This document shows, one piece after another, positions 20,981 through 29,726 of a stretch of 64,000 nt of DNA (positions within the stretch are counted from its first letter, which is position 1; each line of letters opens with the position of its first letter). Source of the DNA: Trichormus sp. ATA11-4-KO1 (lineage in GTDB: Bacteria > Cyanobacteriota > Cyanobacteriia > Cyanobacteriales > Nostocaceae); the NCBI GenBank assembly GCA_019358915.1, contig JAHHIM010000001.1, positions 192,001-256,000 of the forward strand. Reading direction: 5' to 3'. Below the pieces are notes generated by a model. That model was not told the origin of the DNA. It made no database searches and saw only the letters and a program-made list of their open reading frames with translations. Position numbers and translations under genes: made by a program.

Positions 20981-22257
20981 AAATCCTCTTCGTCTTCCTC
21001 AATTCCTGGTCTGGATATTGCCACTGGTTTAGGGTTCCAAGGGGCAAAGAATGGTAACAGGAGTAGTCCTGGGATAGCGGCGACCATACTAATGATGAAA
21101 AATAAGGGCCAACCTGTACTTTTTGCTAAAGAGCCAGCCGGCGCAACTAGAATATCACGACTGACAGCCATAAAACTAGAAAGTAAAGCATACTGGGTAG
21201 CAGAAAAGCGCTGATTACACATATTCATCAAAAAGGCCACAAAAGCTGCTGTCCCCAACCCAGCACAAAAGTTTTCGATGTTGATTGTCAATACTAAAGC
21301 CTGATAGTTTTTACCTACTTGAGCCAGTAAATAGTAAGCTAAGTTACTGACTGCTTGCAAAGCACCAAATAACCAAAGTGAGCGATTGAGACCCATTTTA
21401 CTCAAAAATGCTCCCCCGGCTAAGGTGCCAACAATGGTAGCAATCAGTCCCATACCGCCTTGAATTGCTCCAATATCGGTTTGAGTGAATCCAGTTTGTA
21501 GCAAGAAGGGTGTAGACATGTTGTTCACAAAAGAATCGCCCAGTTTATACAAGACGATGAACAACAAAATTAAAAAGGCTTGAACTACACCTTGGCGCTG
21601 GAAAAATTCCCCAAAAGGTAGAATTACGGCAGCAGCTAAAGATTCTGGGGGACTAGTTTCTTTGGGTTCTGGTGCCAATAAGGTGGCAATAATGCCAATT
21701 ACCATGCCAACTGCCATCAATAAGTAAACTGATGACCAAGATATTCTATCAGCCAGGATTAATGCTAAAGACCCTGTAAGCAGCAATGCTACCCGATAAC
21801 CTAAGACGAAAACTGCTGCACCCGCTCCCAATTCTAATTCTGCCAAAACATCGGTGCGGTAGGCATCAGCAGCAATATCTTGTGTGGCACTGAAAAAAGC
21901 GATCGCTACAGCGTTGATCGCTAATAATTGTAGTGCTTGTTTGGGTTGTTGAAAAGCCATGAGAGCGATCGCAATTAACAACCCAATTTGAATTGTAATT
22001 AACCAGCCGCGTCGCCTACCCAAAATGGGTATGGCAAACCTGTCCAACAAAGGCGACCAAAGAAATTTTAATGAGTAAGGCAAACCCACAAGGCTAAATA
22101 AGCCAATGGCTGTTAAATCTACCTGTTCCACCGTCATCCAAGCTTGCAAGGTTCTACTAGTTAAGAACAAGGGTAAACCGGAGGAAAAACCGAGTAGTAA
22201 TAATGCTGCCATTTTCCGGCTACCGAAAACTTGCAGCAGCGATCGCACTGGATTCAT
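20965..22257 (-). CDS. ampG: AmpG-family muropeptide MFS transporter
   Basis: LGFSSGLP, KFLWSPLLDR, GRRRGW, SATQDIAADAYR and SATQYALLSS motifs. Confidence 0.92.
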   Translation of the reverse strand: MNPVRSLLQVFGSRKMAALLLLGFSSGLPLFLTSRTLQAWMTVEQVDLTAIGLFSLVGLPYSLKFLWSPLLDRFAIPILGRRRGWLITIQIGLLIAIALMAFQQPKQALQLLAINAVAIAFFSATQDIAADAYRTDVLAELELGAGAAVFVLGYRVALLLTGSLALILADRISWSSVYLLMAVGMVIGIIATLLAPEPKETSPPESLAAAVILPFGEFFQRQGVVQAFLILLFIVLYKLGDSFVNNMSTPFLLQTGFTQTDIGAIQGGMGLIATIVGTLAGGAFLSKMGLNRSLWLFGALQAVSNLAYYLLAQVGKNYQALVLTINIENFCAGLGTAAFVAFLMNMCNQRFSATQYALLSSFMAVSRDILVAPAGSLAKSTGWPLFFIISMVAAIPGLLLLPFFAPWNPKPVAISRPGIEEDEEDLWGTK

Positions 22258-22431
22258 TTTGTGAAAATTCCTCTCATATCAAATTCTGATAATTTAGTCT
22301 TTCAGAGTCTTTGGGCTAGAAGCTTAGGATTATACAAACAAAACCATGACTAGCGTATTGAGCCACTGAAGATAGGCTTGGCAAGACACAATAACATACA
22401 CCTGATAAAAATATTGAAAAATTTCTTCCCC

Positions 22432-23886
22432 CTACTCCCCCAAACTGTAAACTTGATGACCTCTAATTTCTACCCCATGTGCAGCAAGGCATTTTTCCCA
22501 ACCTGCACGAGTACCGATTTCGCTTTTGAGTTTAAGTAGTCCTAATTGCTGTTCTTGTTGCGTGAGTTTAGCAAATTCTTCGTAGCGTGGGTAGTTCGCA
22601 GTAACAAAAGTTTCTTTGCGGTGTAATATTGGCGGATTAGCCCTATCTGCATAATCTCTGTGTGTAATGTATAAAGTTTTTAAGTCAATCGTGATACTAG
22701 CTTTTAAAGCTGGATGGGGGTCATGATCAAAATCTGGGTAAAACAAATAGGATATTTGCGGTTTATCAGTATAGTATTTAATTAATGTAGCGCCATCGAC
22801 ACGCCCAATGGTGCGGCTAGCACAGCCTTCATAAATTCGTAGTAACGGGTCAAGTGCTGCTAATGCCGAAACATGGATATAAAGCGCACCGCGTGTATGT
22901 TTGCCAATTTTGCTTTTTTGGCAAGTAGTCTGCACAACTTCTGGTTTACCTAAACTGAAAAGCTTTTGGTCGGCGACTTGACAAGCTTCTTCATAGCTAC
23001 CAAAAAAGGCTTTGATGTCGTGGCGCATTTCTGGTGCTAGTTTGTGCCATGTAGGACGTTGATCAAGATGAGTTAGAGCAAGATAAACTTGAATATCTAG
23101 GGAACGACGATAAGCGATCGCATCCCATTCTGCTTCTTCAGTAGCTTGTAATATGACATTAAAGGCGCGGCGAAAGTTACCAAATTCACTGAGTAATTCT
23201 AGTTGATTGGCTAATTCACCTTTTACGGGTAATCTGCCACGTTTGGTAAAAAAGTCCATCAGTGGTTGCAGTTGTTCTTGGTAGTCTTCAAACCGCTTGC
23301 TGGGGATGCGAACTCTGGGTGTAGCAGTGCTAGAAAAGAAGCGAATGGCTTTAAAACTTTCTTTTTGGGCATCATCACGAAAAACAAAATATACTCCTAA
23401 AGCTACGGGTACTGCATCTACATTAAGTACCTCATCAATGTAAGTTTTAAGTTCTTGTTGTTCGTAATATTTCTGAAAAGTATTGCGGCGAGTGACGATA
23501 CCATCGCTGTAAGCGATTTGTGTTTTGCTAGAAGCATTAATTAATACTTGCGCAGCCACAATTAAAACTTTTTGGGTAATTTCCCAAGCTTTAATTAGAC
23601 TTTGGCGGCGTTCCTCTTGGTCTTCGATGACATTGAGGACATAACCCAAATTAACCACATCGGCAGATGTAATCGACTCATGGGGGAAGTAATAAGGGTC
23701 CCAGCCAGCGCTGGTATAGCCTAAATTACCGACTCGCTGCACATCACCACCGTAGCCACAGCCGTAGTCAAAAAATGAGGTATCCTGATTGAGGATGGCC
23801 CATTCTATTGCCAGGCGCACCGGGCGAGATATATCATTGCGAGCGATCGCAGCTCGATGACGCTCAATTTCTAAAGCTTCGGCCAT
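22432..23886 (-). CDS. DNA phosphorothioation-associated putative methyltransferase
   Basis: IERHRAAI, SRPV, FDYGCGYGGD (SAM motif I), WDPYY, VNLGYVLNVIE and TFQKYY; directly downstream of dndE. Confidence 0.88.
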   Translation of the reverse strand: MAEALEIERHRAAIARNDISRPVRLAIEWAILNQDTSFFDYGCGYGGDVQRVGNLGYTSAGWDPYYFPHESITSADVVNLGYVLNVIEDQEERRQSLIKAWEITQKVLIVAAQVLINASSKTQIAYSDGIVTRRNTFQKYYEQQELKTYIDEVLNVDAVPVALGVYFVFRDDAQKESFKAIRFFSSTATPRVRIPSKRFEDYQEQLQPLMDFFTKRGRLPVKGELANQLELLSEFGNFRRAFNVILQATEEAEWDAIAYRRSLDIQVYLALTHLDQRPTWHKLAPEMRHDIKAFFGSYEEACQVADQKLFSLGKPEVVQTTCQKSKIGKHTRGALYIHVSALAALDPLLRIYEGCASRTIGRVDGATLIKYYTDKPQISYLFYPDFDHDPHPALKASITIDLKTLYITHRDYADRANPPILHRKETFVTANYPRYEEFAKLTQQEQQLGLLKLKSEIGTRAGWEKCLAAHGVEIRGHQVYSLGE

Positions 23887-23924
23887 AATATTCAGTTAAC
23901 AGCCAACAGTTAACTAATATCCTT

Positions 23925-24311
23925 TCAATTTTTCACCGCTAGTTCAACTAAATCTTCAATTTTCTTGATATTGGGATCACCTGCTAAGTAACCAATACCA
24001 CGATGTAAGTGCAGACGAAATTGGGTAGCTAGGGTGTCTTTATCGGTGGGATAGCCATCATTATGACAGCGTTGCTTCAGGGCGAGGAGAAGAATATCAG
24101 ACATGTCACCCCCAAACACACGCCAAGTCATTTCGACATTACTATCCTGGAGAATTGGGACAGGGGAAGGTGCGATTGCTTCTGCGAGGGAGCGACAAAA
24201 CGCCCAACGACATAAGATATTCCATTGGTCAATTTTAGTATGGCGTTTAAGTTTGAGAAGTTGGTCTTTGGCTGTTTGGGAAAGTCTAATTCTTTCAATT
24301 GGTGATTCCAT
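23925..24311 (-). CDS. dndE: DNA sulfur modification protein DndE
   Basis: IRLSQ.AKDQL..LKR.T, WNILCRWAFCRSL and FRLHLHRGIGYL; dnd context. Confidence 0.93.
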   Translation of the reverse strand: MESPIERIRLSQTAKDQLLKLKRHTKIDQWNILCRWAFCRSLAEAIAPSPVPILQDSNVEMTWRVFGGDMSDILLLALKQRCHNDGYPTDKDTLATQFRLHLHRGIGYLAGDPNIKKIEDLVELAVKN

Positions 24312-24343
24312 AATTTTTATCAATATCGAATTTTATCTAAAAG

Positions 24344-24691
24344 TCATAAACCCAAACAGTAACGAACCGCAGCTTCAACTTCAAGCATCTTAGAATCAGA
24401 AATCTTGCCAGTTGAGTCATTAGGAAAGCGATTTGTATCTACAGAACGAATTTGAAAACACAAAAACACTGTTTCTATCAGCAACCTGCTGTCATTAGGT
24501 GAGACTCTGATATTAGTTGGATAATCACGTTTAATATTGCTACCTTTTGTCCCTACAACTACAGTCACGACTAAAGGTAATTGGTTAATAGCGTCTACAG
24601 ATAAGACTAAAACTGGTCTTGTTCCTGCCTGTTATCGACCTATTACTGGATTAAGATTGACAAAATAAATTTCTCCTCTTTCTATACTCAC
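24344..24691 (-). pseudogene. PemK/MazF-family toxin with in-frame nonsense codon
   Basis: GTG start: MSIERGEIYFVNLNPVIGR*QAGTRPVLVLSVDAINQLPLVVTVVVGT...FQIRSVD..RF; TAA at 24632-24634 where the family G.EQ..RP motif expects Glu. Confidence 0.88.
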
Positions 24692-24696
24692 TTTTG

Positions 24697-24942
24697 TTAT
24701 AAACCATCCATTTCAGTAATTGCAAATTCCTCATTAATAGACGATATTTCTGTTTGTATATCTAAATCAACAGCCATTGCAATTAATTGTTCCTGCACCC
24801 ATTTCATATTTAGTAATTTATCTGACGTTTTCTGCCTTTCTTGCACTTGTTTTTGAATACGTTCTAAGAGCCATTTTAGTTCTTCTAATGACAAAGCACG
24901 TAGGTCACGCTCAATTTTTAGTAAATTTGGTGAGTTCATCAT
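24697..24942 (-). CDS. Probable antitoxin of the MazF-like module
   Basis: 81 aa ending 5 nt before the toxin start; acidic C-terminus IQTEISSINEEFAITEMDGL. Confidence 0.7.
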   Translation of the reverse strand: MMNSPNLLKIERDLRALSLEELKWLLERIQKQVQERQKTSDKLLNMKWVQEQLIAMAVDLDIQTEISSINEEFAITEMDGL

Positions 24943-25031
24943 TGCTTATCTAATTTCCAAAGGTCGTTATATATATTGTAAATATCTAGAGTTGGAAAAA
25001 CCGCGCTCCGCCAATTTTTTAACAATATCTA

Positions 25032-27017
25032 CTACCAAAAATATCCTGACTGTATAGTAGTTTGGCGGGTTGAAGAATCGTATTTGAGGAGATATTCGCG
25101 GGCGATCGCTTCATTTGCTCGCAGTGTTTCCACTTCTTTCTTTCCAATCTCCGTATCGGTGGAAAGCAAAATTACTTGATGGCTAGCAGACGGAAAGTAG
25201 CGTTCAATGAGGTTTCCTCGGTGGGATGAGTCTAGTCTACCGAGGGGAGTGTCTATGGCTACTGGTAGGCGGTGTCCAGAGACTTTGGCTAAACCCCAGA
25301 GAAAGGCGATCGCAAGTAATTGTTTTTCACCTGCTGATAAACGATGTTTAGGAACAGGTTTACCATTTAAATCATAAAGCAAAAGGCTGAAAGTCTTGGT
25401 GTCAATGGTAATGCGATGTACTAAGTCTGATTTATGGAGAAGATAAAGGAAGCAGTTTTTAACTTCCTCTTCTAATTTATTGAGTTTTCGCAGAGTTAAT
25501 TTTTCACGAAAAATTTTGAGTGTATTTTGAACTTTAGCCGCAGAGGTAATAATATGTTCGCTATTTTTATGTTTAATATTTTCTACAGTATAATCATTTA
25601 ATTCTCTCTTTGACTTAGTAATAATAGTTTCTAATTCAGCTAACCGACGGCGGATTGTTTCGTAATTTGCTTTAGCTTCAACAACTTGGTTTTGTGCCGA
25701 TTCTAGTGCGTGACGCAGTTTTGTATAATCTTCTGGTGCTGCTGCTGTTTGTACTTGTCTTTCCAGAGTATGAATTTCTTCTTGTTTATTTTTGAGAATA
25801 GCTAATTTCTCTTTTGCAGAAAGTTTAGAATTTTGTAAGTGATATATGAAATTATCTAGCTGACTTAAAGTTTCATCATCAGCTAATAACCAAGGTGCTT
25901 CTGTCTGGAGAGTCTTTGCATATAAACTATTTATATCTTGGATTAAAAATGATTGAATTTTTTCAAGTTGTATTGGAGAAATTTCTACTTGATTTAACCA
26001 AGTTAGTAAACGCTGATCTCTCTCAATTAACAAATCTTTAGAAATTTGTACTTGTTGATGGCGAAATTCTTTTTCTCCCTGTGTTTGCGCCTGATTAAGC
26101 AAATTGGAAATTAAGGACAGAGGTAAAACATCAGCCGCCAATTCACACATTGACTGACGTAATTGTTCAATTTCCGCAGTTTTTGTATCCTGTTGTAATT
26201 CTAGTTGAGTGCGTTTTGCTGCAATCTTCCCACCTTCAGAAATGAATTTATCAAAGGCTTCTTGCTGCTTTTTTTCTAACTCTTCTACCTGATTTTTGAG
26301 AGTTTCTAATTTCTCTAATGTTGTTTGATAATCTTGTTGTTGTTGGGTTAGCTTAGTTTCAATTTCCTCTAGATTTACTAAATCCTTAATATTACCAACT
26401 TCTTTAATTTTACGGTTAACTAAAATATCTAAATCAAGTGCTAAACGGTCTGCCAATTCTAGTCCTAAAAGCCCGCGAATTGCATCTACTACAACTGGTG
26501 GTGGTGTTTCCTGTTCTGCAAGCTCTTTAACTTGTTCACCATCAAATAGAAATAAGTTGGAAATCCCTAATGGCAGAAGATTTTCAATATATTCATCCCA
26601 GATATTAACTAAAGCATCAGGCCATGTATCACTGTCACCTAAAATACCTAATGTATCTTTACCGTCTTTAGGATTTTTTGTCCAACTACGCACAACACGG
26701 TATTTTATTGGCTTGTCGTTTTCAATATGTTCAAAAAGTAATTCAATCCGGGTATCTGCAACTGGATCTATTTTACTGTTAACACATTGATTGAGAAAAT
26801 CGCCATAACTTAAATTACCACGAGTAGAACATTGGGCACGAGCGCCATAAAGGGCGAGACGAATGGCATCCATAAGGGTGGTTTTTCCACCGCCATTCAT
26901 ACCACCTAATAAGATAATTGGGTGTGAGGTTTCCTCATCAATTTTTGGGTTAAGGTTGATTATCTGTTTTCCACTATAGGGGCCAAAGTTTTGTAGAACG
27001 AGTTCAAGAAATATCAT
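25032..27017 (-). CDS. dndD: DNA sulfur modification protein DndD (SMC-like ATPase)
   Basis: Walker A GMNGGGKTT, FLFDGE, long coiled coil, LSAGEKQ signature, IDTPLGRLD, HQVILLSTDTEI. Confidence 0.95.
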   Translation of the reverse strand: MIFLELVLQNFGPYSGKQIINLNPKIDEETSHPIILLGGMNGGGKTTLMDAIRLALYGARAQCSTRGNLSYGDFLNQCVNSKIDPVADTRIELLFEHIENDKPIKYRVVRSWTKNPKDGKDTLGILGDSDTWPDALVNIWDEYIENLLPLGISNLFLFDGEQVKELAEQETPPPVVVDAIRGLLGLELADRLALDLDILVNRKIKEVGNIKDLVNLEEIETKLTQQQQDYQTTLEKLETLKNQVEELEKKQQEAFDKFISEGGKIAAKRTQLELQQDTKTAEIEQLRQSMCELAADVLPLSLISNLLNQAQTQGEKEFRHQQVQISKDLLIERDQRLLTWLNQVEISPIQLEKIQSFLIQDINSLYAKTLQTEAPWLLADDETLSQLDNFIYHLQNSKLSAKEKLAILKNKQEEIHTLERQVQTAAAPEDYTKLRHALESAQNQVVEAKANYETIRRRLAELETIITKSKRELNDYTVENIKHKNSEHIITSAAKVQNTLKIFREKLTLRKLNKLEEEVKNCFLYLLHKSDLVHRITIDTKTFSLLLYDLNGKPVPKHRLSAGEKQLLAIAFLWGLAKVSGHRLPVAIDTPLGRLDSSHRGNLIERYFPSASHQVILLSTDTEIGKKEVETLRANEAIAREYLLKYDSSTRQTTIQSGYFW

Positions 27018-27210
27018 TGATTTTTAAGATTAACATGAGTTCGACAGCGATCGCAGAAGCAGAAAGTTTGTGATGAAAGGAATCAGATAAAATTAATTAG
27101 ATAGCTTTGTCTGACGCATTGAGAAAAAATATTGTCTATGAAATATAGATAATACCATCACTAACTGTTAAGAAATGCGATTGTATCTGTCTCGGTGTTG
27201 GTAAGCGTGG

Positions 27211-27831
27211 CTAGATTTGCACACCTCCAGCTTGAAAAATCTGTTCGGCGGTTAAATTCAATTCTGGGAAAGTAGGGGAGACAATATGGGTATCGCCTCT
27301 AAATTGAGTAACTTGGTACTCACCATCAATTAATTCATAAATGGATATAGTAGGCAGTTTAGGATTGCCAATAAACTTCCTAGCACCTATAGCCGCGTAA
27401 TCTATAATCCAATATTCTGGAATACCTATAGCTTCATAATCGGCTAATTTTTTATAGTAATCATCTCGCCAGTTAGTACTAACAACTTCAATAACCAATG
27501 GAATAGATGCAGCTTGAGATACAGTTGATTCTTTTTTCCATAAAGGCTCATTCACTAAATTTGGTCGATTGATTATTAAGATGTCTGGTGAATAAGCTGA
27601 TTCACCTTCAAATGGCTTGACTAATACAGTTTTTGGAATGTAATAAGGTAAATTTAGACGCTTGATATCAGCAGATATTTCTAGTGCCAAAAAACCAACA
27701 ACATCCTCATGATCTCCCACTGGTTGAGCCATTTCAACAATCACACCATCATGTAATTCGTATCTCCCACCCTCAGGCCGCCAAGCTGCAAAATCTTCAA
27801 AAGTTACTAGTTTGTGTATGGCTTGAATCAT
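27211..27831 (-). CDS. Uma2-family (DUF820) PD-(D/E)XK endonuclease
   Basis: YELHDG, PD, LVIEVVS, K..DY...GIPEYWIID and SPTFPEL motifs. Confidence 0.92.
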   Translation of the reverse strand: MIQAIHKLVTFEDFAAWRPEGGRYELHDGVIVEMAQPVGDHEDVVGFLALEISADIKRLNLPYYIPKTVLVKPFEGESAYSPDILIINRPNLVNEPLWKKESTVSQAASIPLVIEVVSTNWRDDYYKKLADYEAIGIPEYWIIDYAAIGARKFIGNPKLPTISIYELIDGEYQVTQFRGDTHIVSPTFPELNLTAEQIFQAGGVQI

Positions 27832-27906
27832 AGAACCTCGCTTGTTTTAAGATAACCCAACTTTGTCAAGCGTTCTTTAAGTAGTTTGGTTGACTCCCGT
27901 CTTCTA

Positions 27907-29529
27907 TTATTCTGAGTTTTCCTTTTTAAATTTCATACTTGCCCAAGTTACCTGTTCATCATTTTCATTTTCACCTTTATCTACTTCATTGATGGCTGCA
28001 ACATCACCCAAAGTCATCTGCTTGACTTTTGCAACATCACCTTGACTAACTGCTTCACTTAATTCACGTTTTAAACGAGCATTTTTAATTGCATCTTCTG
28101 GAGAACGAGAACTCGTATTAAAACATTTTTCTAGGGTTTCGTATATCCCCACGCGACGAGTCTTTTTGCGATACTGGCGTTCTGTGTCTAACAATTTCGC
28201 CATGAGTTCCAAGTGCATCGCGTCGCCTTCACAAATTTCTTCTAGTACTATCCATTCATCACGACCTAGTAGGCTATAGTCAGCACCAGGACGGGGGTCT
28301 ATGAACTCTTCACCAGTCACTTCTTGATAAATCCGGGGTAAGCTATCATCAAATTCGTGTTTGTCTTCTAGCCAAATGCGGCGAATTTCGCTCATTTCTT
28401 CTAGAGTAATAAGGGTGATATCGCACATATTTTCTGGTGCTGTAAGACGGGTTTTTGTTTGCGCTTCTAGTAATCGTCTGAGCCAATGTTCACGCCAATA
28501 TTTAGTATAGGGGCCAGGTATTGGTTCAACAGAAATTTCCCCTTTTTTATTACGTTCAAATAGTTGGACATCTCCCCAAATTCTTCTAAAGTCTCTCTTG
28601 TCTCGATCATCTTGAATATCTAGTTCATTACGAATATCTAATAGAGGCTGCATCCATTCTTTTTCTTCATCATTTTGGATCATCGCTTCCATTGATTTAT
28701 CCTTATTCACTAGTGTGCAAACCCAGCAGCCAAATCGGGAATCACCACAACTAGGAGTAGAAGTATCAACAACTAGTGGGCATTCATTATCGGCTGTTGC
28801 ACCTCGATACATAGCAAATAATTCTTTATTGCTTTGTCCCCAAGGATTATCCCACTGATTCAGGTATATCCAGACATCGTTATTACTCCAATCTTCAATA
28901 GGGGTATAGATTAAAGAGTTGGGTAGGCTGGCATTAGGACTCAGGCGATCGCGTACTCGATCAACTTGATGCTTTTTCATTGTGGCAGCACGTTTGGCGC
29001 TTTCTGCTTTGCGAGTACCCAATACAAGTATTGTTTCACCGTTAGCTCTAACTATTTCACGGATGAATTGATTGGCAGGATTAATTTTTAAGCGTGGTGT
29101 ACACCAGCGAAACTGGTTACGAGGTGCTGGATATCCCTTACCAATAAGATTTACCCAAAATGTGTCTTCAATTACTGGTTGCAGTAGATGTGGATCAATT
29201 GGCATCCCCTGTTTTTTAGCAGCTACTTTGAGATTCTGCAAGGATTTGCGAACCCAAGCAGACACTACAGGATTTTCTACCTGAGTATCGGTTGTAATTA
29301 CATATATAGTTTTAGTTCTTTTTTCTGGAGGAAGAGCAGCGATCGCATTCCACACAAGCTGCAATACTGTGCTAGAATCCTTTCCCCAAGACACGCCTAA
29401 AACCCAAGGTATCTCATCTAAACAATACAATTCTTGAATTTCAATGGTGAGAGCTTGGATGTAGTCCACTAACTCTGCTACAGTACGTGTTTGCTGACCT
29501 TTATTTTCTGCTTGTTGTGCTGTAGTCAT
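27907..29529 (-). CDS. dndC: DNA phosphorothioation sulfurtransferase DndC
   Basis: PAPS-reductase-like PP-loop (SWGKDS), DTQVENP, GYPAP...RWCT and ECPLVVD...CGDSRFGCWVC; start MTTAQQ with GGAGA RBS. Confidence 0.95.
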   Translation of the reverse strand: MTTAQQAENKGQQTRTVAELVDYIQALTIEIQELYCLDEIPWVLGVSWGKDSSTVLQLVWNAIAALPPEKRTKTIYVITTDTQVENPVVSAWVRKSLQNLKVAAKKQGMPIDPHLLQPVIEDTFWVNLIGKGYPAPRNQFRWCTPRLKINPANQFIREIVRANGETILVLGTRKAESAKRAATMKKHQVDRVRDRLSPNASLPNSLIYTPIEDWSNNDVWIYLNQWDNPWGQSNKELFAMYRGATADNECPLVVDTSTPSCGDSRFGCWVCTLVNKDKSMEAMIQNDEEKEWMQPLLDIRNELDIQDDRDKRDFRRIWGDVQLFERNKKGEISVEPIPGPYTKYWREHWLRRLLEAQTKTRLTAPENMCDITLITLEEMSEIRRIWLEDKHEFDDSLPRIYQEVTGEEFIDPRPGADYSLLGRDEWIVLEEICEGDAMHLELMAKLLDTERQYRKKTRRVGIYETLEKCFNTSSRSPEDAIKNARLKRELSEAVSQGDVAKVKQMTLGDVAAINEVDKGENENDEQVTWASMKFKKENSE

Positions 29530-29726
29530 TTCTCCTTCTCTCTGGAAACACTGGCGTAATATTCGGGCGAATAGAATGATGCCTCCGGCACGCCAAGGGC
29601 GAACGCGGCTACACAGACAAAACCCACCTGAGTGGGTTGAAAAACAGTTTTTAAAAACTTTACTACTAATATCCAATTTTTTGGATAATTAAACGACATA
29701 ATCTTATTCTGTTTTTAAAATTTAAC

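Noticed and set aside
29530..29676. 49-aa N-terminal extension of DndC
   Set aside because: It runs through repeat-like intergenic DNA; the ATG at 29529 has a good RBS.
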